The notes under the pieces were generated by a model. It did not search any database. It saw nothing but the letters and a program-made list of their open reading frames with translations, and had not been told where the DNA came from. The position numbers and the translations under genes are program-made. Positions 37,199 to 49,039 of a DNA stretch of 64,000 nt are shown here, one piece after another; position 1 is the stretch's first letter; every line of letters begins with the position of its first letter. The stretch comes from Octopus sinensis (Eukaryota), in contig NC_043006.1 of assembly GCF_006345805.1 (NCBI RefSeq), positions 103,974,001-104,038,000 of the forward strand. The letters are read 5' to 3'.

Positions 37199-37589
37199 TC
37201 TTTCTATATATAAAGCTGAAGTTGTCTGTGTATGGCAGGTTTAGTAGCCTTCAACTAACACTATCTCTTCCGAGACCCTGCGGCGCAAGTTGACCAAAAT
37301 TGAAAGTATGATTGAAGAATGCTTGCTCTTCCTTCCGTAGAAGAAAAAAATCAAATCGGACCATGTTAACACCAAAAATTATTTACATCAAAAAGGTGCT
37401 TTTTTTCTATGAAAATCCCTATTTTTTACGATTTTTGACTGCTGTGTCGCCATTTTTCGGTGTATTTCAACCAGAAAAATGTTCACTTAAAGAGAATAAC
37501 AAGCTACATAATGCAGAATTTTTACTTTTCAAAAATTCCAATTCTAAAGGGTTGAAACAAACCTGAGCAATGCCGGGCGATACTGCTGG
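37199..37589 (+). mobile_element. Non-autonomous Helitron
   Basis: 5' A|TC-TTTCTATATATAAAGCTGAAG. The 3' GC-rich hairpin-like CCTGAGCAATGCCGGG is followed by CTGG|T (CTAG variant). No TSD. Confidence 0.65.
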
Positions 37590-38315
37590 TTATTAATACT
37601 TTAAAAATATTTTTGTGTGCCATGCGTATGTCCCTTCTTTTTTTTTGTGCATTCCGTGTATACTTGCTTTTCTTTTCATTATATGTAAACCTCCAAACTT
37701 TATGTCCGTCTCTGCATTGTCCCCCTTATCCTTCGCCCTTGTGGCAAATAAATGAAATCATCATCATCATCATCATTATTATTGTTGTTGTTGTTGTTTT
37801 GGTCGCAGCTTTAACCACGACTCCATCCTACAGAGTTTCTGTTGTCACCCCAACTCCTCCGGCTATTCTACCCACCCCGACTGAGTTCATTTTTGTCCAG
37901 TCTTCATATTTACACTTCTGTACCACCATCCTTTCCTCCCATTCTCAGTTCCACGCTTTGGACTGTGATATTTACCAGCCCCCGTGTCCTTCTCTTTTCT
38001 ACTGTCATTCGCCTATCGCATTTTTCATCTACGAACTCAACCAACAATTACTTAACTTTCTCCTATACACTAAACTAAGGTTAAGCAGTGCTATCCTTAG
38101 CACCGAAACTGCATATACTATAGATTGGATAGCTAAGGAACAGAACATTTCATTTCTTCCATTTGTATTTGCGCTCTCGTTGTGTGATTTTTTTTCTACA
38201 ATAAAAGAACATGTGGATAATAAACCGCTACGCAAAATTCTGTTAGATTAAAATAATCTGCTTCATTCCCATTATTATTTGCAAAATATGAAGAGAGGTG
38301 TTTGCAATCTTGCCA

Positions 38316-38754
38316 GGATCTTTTCCGTTTGAACGGCAGTTTTTAACATAATTTCTCGGTAACTAAAAAATTTTTAACTTCGTATACTGGTAGAATGTAT
38401 TTATAAAACATCTTTTTCTCTTGACTTTATTGAGAAAATTCTATAGTTTGAAAGATATTTGTTGTTGTTTTTCTTCAATTTCTGTAATTTCAACCAATCA
38501 ATGGCGTGTATTGAGGTAAAAAGCATTCTGTGCCGTATGAATATGTCCCTCGTTTGAGAAACAGATTGGGTTTATGTACATTGCTGAAGAAAAAAAAATA
38601 CCCTTCCCCCCATCCCAAACCCTAACCCTAACCCTAAATAACCCTAACCCTGAAAGAGATTGAAATGCAATAGATCGATTCTAGGGTCATAATTATTGGT
38701 GACAATTTCATATGACACCGCTAGAAAAAACTGCCATTCAAACCGATAAGATCC
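38316..38754 (+). mobile_element. GGATC-ended MITE, copy 1
   Basis: TIRs GGATCTTTTC(G)GTTTGAACGGCAGTTTT and reverse complement. TSD TCTTGCCA/ACTTGCCA. Internal CCCTAA repeats. Confidence 0.93.
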
Positions 38755-39085
38755 ACTTGCCATTCTCTAAAGTACGAAAAGTAGAAAACCAATCTTGAAG
38801 TGTCAGTCCCAGAATACTACTGAATTACTAGACTTAAGGTTAATGAAATTCAGGTTATGGCTATCACATTTTGTTGTCATAGTTTAATGCATATATATTA
38901 ATCCTTATTTTAAAGAAGGTTGAGTAGTGCTTTTAGTGAAATTAGGCTACTATTTCTAGCAGGTCAGACGAACATAGTTGCGATACTGTTGTCGATTTTG
39001 ATGGAGGATGTTGTAGTAGTAGAAATGGGATTATTAGTGGTGGTTGTAATAGATATGGGGATGGTACTGGTTGTGGTACAGATGA

Positions 39086-39133
<48 letters not shown>

Positions 39134-40054
39134 GCTAGCTGTTGTTGGAGTTGAAAAACAAAAGCTAAAAGAGTTTTTTGAGAAGGCGGTAGCGTCAGTG
39201 TGGACAGGTGAATGGTGGCTGATGGAGATTGTGAAACAACGAAATGAGCGCGGGAAGTGAAATATAGATGGCAACCAGAGTGGGGGGGTGTGCATATAAA
39301 GAGGCGGGGGGGACATACAGACGTTGTCGCTTCAGTCATAATCTATGTCTGAGGTAGAAGGAAGAGTTAGGTAGTTCAGGAAGGAGACAAAAAAAAAGGA
39401 GGAAGGAGACACGAAACAAAGAGAGACAGAGAGAGAAAGAGAGAAAGAGAGTCAGACAGACAGACAGAGAGGGAGAGTGGGGTTGAAAAGAAACTGACAG
39501 AGAGACAGAGGAAGAGACAGATGGATGATAACAGCGATTAAGGAGGCCGAGAATAAAGGTGTTATGTGTGTGTGTGTGTGTGTGTGTGTCTGTGTGTGTG
39601 AGAGAGAGAGAGAGAGTAAGATAAAATGTGAGAAAGGAAGCGGGAAGATGGCAGACAAGCAGAAAAGGGGAAAGGAGCAATTGTTAAATAATAAAGAGTA
39701 GAAAAAAGGTCAAAGGGGACAGTTAGACATACAGAGAGAGGGACTGATGCATAAAGACAAAGAGAATTGAGTGAGATTAACGATACTTTACACATGCGCA
39801 CGCGGACACAAGAACGTCAAAGACGAATATATATAGATAGATTATATGAGTGTATGTATGTATATATATTTACAGAGAGAGAAAAGGAAGAGATCTACAT
39901 AAGATATGAATTATGCACATATATATATATATATATACATATACATAATATATATAAATAACATATAATATTATATATATATATATATTATATATATATA
40001 TATATATACATACATACATACATACATACGTACATATATACATACATACATACA

Positions 40055-40116
<62 letters not shown>

Positions 40117-40180
40117 GGTCCCGGGTTGAGTCGGGGTTAACCACAGTAATAAGGTACTCAATACATAGCAGAGTAAATTA

Positions 40181-40307
40181 ATTTATTTTATAGAAGGAGC
40201 TTCTACAGAACTAGAACTGTCATTCAAATGAAATCATCAACAAGCTTCCTGATGATTTCATTTGAATGAAACAGTTCTAGTTGTAGAAGTCCTTCTATAA
40301 AATAAAT
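40181..40307. repeat. Near-perfect 127-bp palindrome centred on AAGCTT
   Basis: ATTTATTTTATAGAAGG..TCATTCAAATGAAATCATCA and TGATGATTTCATTTGAATGA..CCTTCTATAAAATAAAT. Confidence 0.9.
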
Positions 40308-40313
40308 AAATAT

Positions 40314-40353
<40 letters not shown>

Positions 40354-40358
<5 letters not shown>

Positions 40359-40647
40359 GTAATATGTGACAATTATTCGGTAGCATGATAAAACTCCGAG
40401 TTTCGGATGCCGATGTGGAAATCCACGCCGCCATCTCTTCAGTTATCGGCCATCGGGAAAATGGTATGAAAAATGACCGTTATACAAAGGGAAAGTACTG
40501 TGACGGCGTGGATTTCCACCTCGGCATCCGAAACTCGGAGTTCCATGATGGCTACCGAATAATTGTCACATTTACATTTACTGATAAATTCTTCTATTTA
40601 ATAATATCGAGGTCTCTTTCTTTCTTTTGTTGTCTTACCATTTTATC

Positions 40648-40650
<3 letters not shown>
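40354..40650. repeat. Fold-back repeat family E (about 75-bp arms plus a one-sided tail); other copies at 541-735 and 61522-61755
   Basis: Arms ATGTGACAATTATTCGGTAGC..AAACTCCGAGTTTCGGATGCCGA.GTGGAAATCCACGCCG and reverse complement. The tail GAGGTCTCTTTCTTTC..TCTTACC is shared by all three copies. Confidence 0.85.
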
Positions 40651-40693
<43 letters not shown>

Positions 40694-41007
40694 AGGTGTG
40701 TTCTGTTAAGAACGTATTAGTGTACAAATAGAGCTCGTTCACCCTTAGAATTCCCAAATAGCTAGTAGTATTCTTATGGTATGCTACCAATTCTCGTCTT
40801 AGGTATTCCTCATGTGTGAAAATCAGTAAAAAGTAAAAGTGTCAAAAGTAAGAGTAAGAGCAGCTGTTTAATAATAAACTATATTTACTTACGGAGACAG
40901 CAATTAAATATCGCATATATGTATGTGTGTATCGTGAAACTCAGAGTAAAAGAATAAGTATCCAGCTTTCAAAATGAAAAAAAATAGCAAAATAAAAAAT
41001 AATGATG

Positions 41008-41370
41008 ATGGCTGTGTGGTAAGTAGCTTGCTTCCCACCACATGGTCTCGGGTTCAATGGAACCTTGGGCAAGTATTTTCCACTATAGCCTCGGGCCGAT
41101 CAAAGCCTAGTGAGTGGATCTGGTAGACGGAAACTGAAAGAAGCCGATAGAATACGTACTAGGCTTACAAAGAATAATTCCTGGGGACGATTTGTTCGGC
41201 TAAAATCCTTCAAGGCGGTGATCCAGCATGGCGACAGTCAAAGGATTGAAACGAATAAAAGAATACAATAAATAAGTACTGGAGTTTATTTCTACGATTA
41301 AAACCCGCCACGTCGGTGCCCCAGTATGGCCGTAGTCCAAAGACTGAAACAAGTAAAAGAGTAAAGGAAT
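41008..41370 (+). mobile_element. SINE family A with internal deletion and duplicated tail
   Basis: Family A head and tail, followed by a second tail copy at about 41270-41370. Confidence 0.75.
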
Positions 41371-41410
41371 TTGGTGCATAAGTGCGAGTGCATTTGGTCT
41401 TGGTACAACC

Positions 41411-41443
<33 letters not shown>

Positions 41444-41462
41444 TACACACACATTTATATAC

Positions 41463-41502
<40 letters not shown>

Positions 41503-41551
41503 TATATATATATATATATATATGTATATGTATATATATATAGTAATAGGA

Positions 41552-41816
41552 GGCGGCGAGCTGGCAGAATCGTTAGCACGCCGGACGAAATGCGTAGCCG
41601 TATTTCGTCTGCCGTTACGTTCTGAGTTCAGATTCTGCCGAGGTCGACTTTGCCTTTCAATCCTTTCGGGGTCGATAAATTAAGTACCAGTAACGCACTG
41701 GGGTCGACTTAATCGACTTAATCCGTTCGGCTGTCCTTGTTTATCCCCTTTCTGTTTAGCCCAATGTAGGTAATAAGGAAACATATTTTTAGCCCCTTGT
41801 GGGCAATAAAGGAATA
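41552..41816 (+). mobile_element. SINE family B with duplicated 3' tail
   Basis: Full-length match, followed by a second TTAGCCCCTTGTGGGCAATAAAGGAATA. Confidence 0.9.
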
Positions 41817-41822
41817 TATATA

Positions 41823-41853
<31 letters not shown>

Positions 41854-42662
41854 GTAATAGTATGATGATCGTGGTGATAATAATGGCTGTAGGAGTGGTG
41901 GTGGTGGTGGACAAGGGTGATCTTAGTAGAGGTGGCAACCAAACAGGCATTAAATGTGCAGAACAAAAGAAATACAGAACCTAGAATTGGGTAATCAAAC
42001 AATTAAGAAAACAAAATAAAGGATGATGTAAACAAATAGAAATGGAAGAATAATAGGAAAAAAAATTTGAAAGAAAAAGAGCGTTAGCGACATCAGATGG
42101 CTGTTACAATAACAATGACCTGGCGAGGTGGGGGGGGTACAGGTTAAAAAAACAACAACAATAAAAACGACAACAGGACGACTGACCAATGAATACAACA
42201 ACAGAAATGACCTAAATATGCAGGAAAACAATAATGAGAAAAGCATTATAGCATTAATAATACTGGGTGGCAATGGCGTGTTTCGTGGATAATCGTAGAA
42301 GGTATTATTATTATGATGGGACGGAGGAAGCGAGGAACAACCTACTCCGCCTCATTCACTCACGCGCGTACAAACGCACCTATGGCCAAAGACATGCGCG
42401 TGCGCAGACTGACCACAAAACGTAAGTACATTAGAAAGACAGATCCACGCACACATACACACACACACACACACACACGTATACAGACACAGGCACACAA
42501 ACGCACAAAGCCTCGGGAAAAGCACAAGCACACGCGCGCACAAACGCACAATGATGCTAGACGCACATACGAAGGCGCGAGCATACACAAACACACAAAG
42601 GCTCAGAAAACACACACACACACACACACGCACACACACACAACCACACACACATACACACA

Positions 42663-42723
<61 letters not shown>

Positions 42724-42846
42724 GCACACGGATATACAAAGGCACAAAAAATACCGCTCCAAAGGCGCACGCAGAACGCTCACATATTTGTACACAAACA
42801 TATACAGCGCAAATACACACGCAGAAACACTTGAAGACGCAGATAC

Positions 42847-42879
<33 letters not shown>

Positions 42880-43117
42880 AGTCACCACACACACATCCAG
42901 ACACACACGCGCGCGCTGACTGAACAGACAAACACAAATACACAAAAACGACAGCGCTGGACAATGATCGCATCACAAATTAACACCAGGAGAAGCAACA
43001 ACACCAACAGCGACTCGTGTAAGACGAGTAACACGTGTATCATGTAAATAAATTAACATACATTAAGAAAAAAAATACAAACGGAAGCGATGTGTCCTTG
43101 TATGTGGTATCTCAGTA

Positions 43118-43347
43118 GGCGGCGAGCTGGCAGTAACCTTAGCACGCCGGGCGAAATGCTTAGCGGTATTTCGTCGCCGTTACGTTGTGAGTTCAAATTC
43201 CGCCAAGGTCGACTTTGCCTTTCATCCTTTCGGGGTCGATAAATTAAGTACCAGTTACGCACTGGGGTCGATGTAATCGACTTAATACCTATGTCTGTCC
43301 TTGTTTGTCCCCTCTGTGTTTAGCCCCTTGTGGGTAGTAAAGAAATA
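43118..43347 (+). mobile_element. SINE family B, full length with 12-bp TSD
   Basis: GGCGGCGAGCTGGCAG..GAGTTCAAATTCC (B box)..GCCTTTCATCCTTTCGGGGTCGATAAATTAAGTACCAG (Meta-domain-like; recognised from memory)..TAGCCCCTTGTGGGTAGTAAAGAAATA. TSD GGTATCTCAGTA/GGTACCTCAGTA. Confidence 0.93.
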
Positions 43348-43360
43348 GGTACCTCAGTAG

Positions 43361-43379
<19 letters not shown>

Positions 43380-43391
<12 letters not shown>

Positions 43392-45810
43392 AAGAACTCT
43401 AGCCGAATTTTTTGTTGGGTGGTGGTGAATAATTGGGGGGAGGGTGAGAAGTTATGCAGGGGCTGCTGGAGGTCGAGTTCCCCGAGACCCAGGTATTCTG
43501 AGACAGGAGATGACACAAAGGAATGGAGAGCTGATAGAGAAATATAGTATTATGGTGGAGAGGGAGGGGGTCAAATATAAAACTGAGAAAGGGGTGAAAG
43601 AGGAGAGGAAGACGGTAATGTTCAGAAGATTTTCAAGTAAAAACTGAAGAATTGAAGACGCGTCGCAGGAAGAAATTGAAGAAATTTTGGAAAGCGGCAT
43701 AGGAGACAGCACAGAGTTCTTCACGAGAGGAAGGAGATGTGCGTCTGTAGTGGTAGCCTTTGTCTGGGAAGAGGAGGCGGAAAAGGGCCAAAAGCAGGAT
43801 GATGCAGAGAGAGAAATGGACATTGATACCAGACTGTTTGGGTAAACGAATTGTAAGAATTAGGATGGCAGGAATCCCACCGTGGATAGATCAAGAGTGG
43901 ATGGTGGCGGCGATTTATTGTTCGAAGATGGGGAGGGAAAGTGAAGAGGTGAGGACGGGCATGGTGGGCCGAACCCAGCAAGTGAAGTAATGGGCTGCGG
44001 ATTGGAGATGATTTATGTAGTGAGCCCGAAATATGGTAGCGAAATGCTTGAAACTTTGGAGCTGTCAAATGAGGACCCCCAAAGTTTTGCGAATGTGGTG
44101 AAGAAGGGCACTTAAGAAGGAAATGCCCTGGAGCAGCGGTGGAAGTTGTGGAGGAGAGTATTCAGGAGAATGTAATGGTAGAGAAACAGCAGAAACAGAT
44201 AACAGAGCAAAACGGTGGTTTTGTGGAGGTGAAAGCAAGAAAAAGAGAGAGAAGGAAGTCACCAACGATGGTGGAACAGAAGGAGTACAAAGCGATGGAA
44301 GAGATAATCCAACCTACGACGAAATGCGGGGAAGATTTACCAGTGGGATCACCAGTAAAGGACTTACAAGTGCATAAACTTTCAGACCCACCGACACACA
44401 AACATATAGACATACAAAAGCACAGAAATATAGACAAAAAGATACAAGATAACTCAGAATCACAGAAACCTAAAAACATACACACAGGGACGAATCACGC
44501 AGAATTACAGACAAACAAACACACAGACACACGAATACACAAGCACACAGACACACAGACACACGAATACACAAACACACAGACACACAGACACAATCAC
44601 AGGAAAGCCAAGAATTACAGAAATACAGAGACAAAACACACAAACATGCAAAACACAAACAGAACTAAGGTTTATAGTGAAATATAGGACACCCAAAAGT
44701 TAAGAGGGACCTTTTCGGTTTGAACGGCAGTTTTTAACATAATTTCCACATAACTAAAAAGTTTTAAACTTCGTAGACTGGTAGAATGTGTTTATAAAAC
44801 ATCTTTTTTCTTGGCTTTGTTGAGAAAATTCTATAGTTTGTAAGATATTTGTTGTTGTTTTTCTTCAATTTCTGCAATTTCAACCAATCAGTGACGTCAA
44901 TTAAGGTAAAAGACATTCCATGCCGTATGAATATGTCCCTCGTTTAAGAAACAGATTGAGTTTATTTACATTTGTGAAAAAAAAAAGATACCCTTCCCCC
45001 CACCCCCAACCCTAAAACAGATTGAAATGCAATAGATCGATACTAGGGTCATAATTATGGGTGACAATTTCATATGACACCGCTAGAAAAAATGCCGTTC
45101 AAACCGAAAAGATCCCACCCAAAAGTTAAGAGAATTTCAAAATTGAAAGACATTACGAAAGAGTGAATCCACTGGGGCCGGAGGTGGATGTTGAACCTCG
45201 CGCCTCGGTGGTGAATTATGAGGACGAAAAAGAGAAGATGATTTATTTTAAAGTCGTGATTTATTTTAAAGACAGAGAAATACTGAGAAAGTTAAGAACT
45301 TAGACGAGGCCTTGGAATCTGGTTCTGGATCTAGAATGCTGGCCGTGAGAACGGTCTTGTACCGCCACCTCAACGCCAAGCACGAAGGCTGCAGAGTTAG
45401 AGCTAAGCTATGTGTAGTGGGACGAGAAGATATTAACTTTGCTGGATGGGCACATCGTGTGGAGAGTCAGGGGAAAAATAGCCTCTATAAAGTCTTTAGC
45501 GGACGAACAGGGTCACAAGTTCTATGGACAGGATGAGATGCAAACGGCCTTTCATCAGCATTTCGCACGGTTGTTCGAGCAAGGCGGCTCGCTGGAGCGT
45601 GGGGAGTCCCTAAAGGTCTTCTTCACCGGCGGGATGCGACTCTTGGCACGGGAGGTGAGGTGGTGTGAAGGGCCGATTACAGCTGGGGAGGTCAAAGAGG
45701 CCTTGGCCGAGTGCGCCGGGGAAAAGTTACCGGGGTTGGATGGTGTCTACACTAAGAGTTTTATCGTAGCATGCCGGACTTGCTAGCCAGCGTCTACACA
45801 AACTGGCAAA
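43380..45810 (+). mobile_element. Second, older Tx1-clade LINE fragment (ORF1 plus ORF2 linker/RT start), interrupted by a MITE
   Basis: ORF1-like GKRIVRIRMAGIPPWID and knuckle CECGEEGHLRRKCP. The ORF2 piece HLNAKHEGCRVRAK...AFHQHFARLF...CEGPITAGEVKEALAEC..KLPGLDG is homologous to the 11.7-16.0 kb element. Confidence 0.85.
44707..45115 (+). mobile_element. GGATC-ended MITE, copy 2
   Basis: Same TIRs and internal sequence. Flanked by the 17-bp direct repeat CACCCAAAAGTTAAGAG. Confidence 0.93.
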
Positions 45811-46608
45811 TATACATACATACAACTTTTGTAAAAGTTTGCCATTCACCCGGATGTAATAATATAAACTCACCCATGTGCTTCGTTGATGTTGATCAGT
45901 TAGCTGTTCGGCTTAAGCGAGGCAGGGTCGTTGTTTATTTATAATACATTCAGGCCTGCTGATGATACGTAAGTATGAAATCACTGTGATAAGGCCTATA
46001 TTTTTAAATGTCTTACTTTGAAAAATTGCATTCGGTGGGATTAGTAATATTTTTGGTAGAAATGACTGATTGTCCCTCTTAGCGTTCGGCATGTATATAT
46101 AATGCCTCCTGGCCATGTATGTATAATTATGCCCTCTATATATAAATTAAAATATATATATATATGTATATATACTTTTATATATATATATATATATCTG
46201 TATATATGTATGTGTGTGTATATATATATATATGTGTGTCTGTGTGTGTGTGTGTGTATGCATATAAGCAAATTATATTATATATACATAGATTGGATGT
46301 GGTGTGTTTTGTTTATTGATGTGTGTTTTCTCTTTATCTTGATTGGACTGCGGCAATGCTGGGGCACGAATTTCAATGGTTTCAATAGTTAATTATATCG
46401 AACTCGAGAGTTTACTCCGGTACTGATCTTATTGATCTCTATCATCGATTGGCTATTGACTTACATCCCTGTAGATAATTATCTTTCCAGAAATGTAAAT
46501 ACCTATAGGTATTTACACTAATCCACCGTTGTAATATACGTAACTGGCGACACACTCCTGTCTCTGTATGTCTGTCTGTCTGTGTGTCTCTCTATCAATC
46601 AAACAATC

Positions 46609-46639
<31 letters not shown>

Positions 46640-47221
46640 GTTAAGTATCTATATATATATATATATATATACACTTATACACGTACATATAGATATATAT
46701 GTGTATACATATATAATATGTATCTGTGAGTGTACGTGCATGTGTTTGCTTGTGTGTGCGTGTATATATATGTATATGTTAGAGAACAAAGTGTACGTAC
46801 ACCGCTATATACATACATACGTACATATATATATATATATATGTAATGTACATATGACGTACGTATGTAACTGTGAGTATATATGTACGGGCACCTGTTT
46901 GTGTATACGGGTGTGCCGGGGGGTTGTCTCTTTATCTCGAGGCATGTTGTTTTCTGATTGTTCGTTTGTTTGTTCACAATACGTACGCAATTAGAAATAA
47001 GACTCGTTTATTGATCAACAACTACTCCCAACATTGTCATTATCACCGCCCCCCCCCAACACCACAACTACCACCACCACCATCATCATCATCGTCATGG
47101 TAGTTACGGCCGTCACCATCATTCGACTGACTTAGCAGACGGCTTCGTGGCTATCAGCCAATCGTTGCAGCGTTTATACTCAAAAGGAAAAGGTAAAGGA
47201 AACAAAAAAAAAAAAATATTC

Positions 47222-47657
47222 GGATCTTTTCGGTTTGACCGGCAGTTTTTTAAAATAATCTCCACGTAACTAAACACTTTTAAACTTCGTATACTGGTAG
47301 AATGTGTTTATAAAACATCTTTTTCTCTTGGCTTTATTGAGAAAATTCTATAGTTTGTAAGATATTTGTTGTTTTTTTCCTTCAATTTCTCCAATTTCAA
47401 CCAATCACTGACGTCTATTGAAGTAAAAACATTCTGTGCCGTATGAATATGTCCCTCATTAAAGAAACAGATTTCTGAAGAAAAAAAGATACCCTTCCCG
47501 CCACTCCTAAACCTAACCCTAACCCTAACCAATCCTAGCTCTAACCCTAACCCTAAAACAGATTGAAATGCAATAGATCGATACTAGGGTCATAATCATG
47601 GGTGAAAATTTCATATGACACCGCTAGAAAAAACTGCCGGTCAAACCGAAAAGATCC
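47222..47657 (+). mobile_element. GGATC-ended MITE, copy 3
   Basis: Same TIRs. Perfect 8-bp TSD AAATATTC. Internal CCCTAA repeats. Confidence 0.95.
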
Positions 47658-48766
47658 AAATATTCTATTTCAGGTAATAAGGTGATTAACTTTGACCCAT
47701 TATCAGGATTTTTATTGGGAGGTGGTATTCGAATGCAAGAACAATCAAAGGAACAGAACAGATTATGCCAAGACGACCCCATCCGCCAATCTACTGCCCT
47801 CGACCATTGTTGCATTTATCGAGCTTCATAAAAGAAGTAAATGGGTAAAAAACAAAATTTGACATTGGCGGATTTGAACTCAGAGAGCAAAGATCCGTAT
47901 CGCACGCCCTAGACCAGAAGTCTTTTACCTGCCACTTGTTTCGGTCGTTAAACTGCGGCAATTTAGGGGCGCTGTCTTCATGGGTTTAATCGAACAAATC
48001 GATCCGAGTACTTGAATTAAAGCCTGGTAATTATCATATCGTTCTCTTTTTGATGAACAGCTACATTACAGACGTAATGTAAACAAACTAACACCGGTTT
48101 GTCAAGTGGGACAAATACAAAGACACGTGCACTGATACATACAAACGATAGGTTTAGTCGAACAAATCGATACGAGTACTTTTATTATGCTTGGTACTTA
48201 TTTTATCGGTTTCTTATTACCAAACCGCTGTTTTATGGGGACGTAAACAGACCAAAATTGGTTGTCATGTTGGAAAAATACAAAGACTCATATATTGATA
48301 CATAAAAACTTAGAATTTAGGTAATATTACATCTGAATGACTTAACTTAATGGGTACATATAATTAATGCGCAAGTTAATTACCAAAAACTCCAGCATGA
48401 ACTGCAGTTAAAAACACGGATGTTTACCTGCCTAGTGCTGATTGTTTACAGGTAGTGTTTCGATTGATGAAGCACGTGTATAATAGAATAAAAGAATAAT
48501 GAGGGAAATAATTGGTATCAGGTGAGGTTATGACATATATATATGATATTTTATTGTTATTTTATTTAATATTTCTATTATATGTAATTTTCTAGATGGT
48601 GTAATTTAATTGTTCATTTTGAATTGATAAAAAGTGGAGCTTTTTTCTAATTTTTTATATATATATTATATTGTGTGAAATTTGATTTAGTATTTCTAAA
48701 TTGAATTTTTTCCTGTAAGTTTGGATTTATATTCCTCAAATAATAATATATATATAATATATATAT

Positions 48767-48805
<39 letters not shown>

Positions 48806-49039
48806 CATGAGAGTTGCGGTTGTTGCATGATTATAAACTCAGGAGTAAAAGGGGAAGAAGATGTGTAAGATAATTTTACAGCTGTTTCAAGAATAGGTGC
48901 GCAGATGCTGCATTTACAATATTAGCTGCCGACTGCAAACGGTCGGCAGCTAATATTATAGCTGCGATATTGTTCCTCAAATGATGATGGCTAAGCTGGC
49001 CGAAACTTCGAAGTCACTATGAATACTAATGTGTAAAAA

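Noticed and set aside
38610-38655. (CCCTAA)n as an interstitial telomere
   Set aside because: The repeats are internal to a MITE and recur at the same position in other copies.
47670-47830. Possible exon after TATTTCAG (GNKVINFDPLSGFLLGGGIRMQEQ...)
   Set aside because: No polypyrimidine tract, no recognisable domain and no partner exons.
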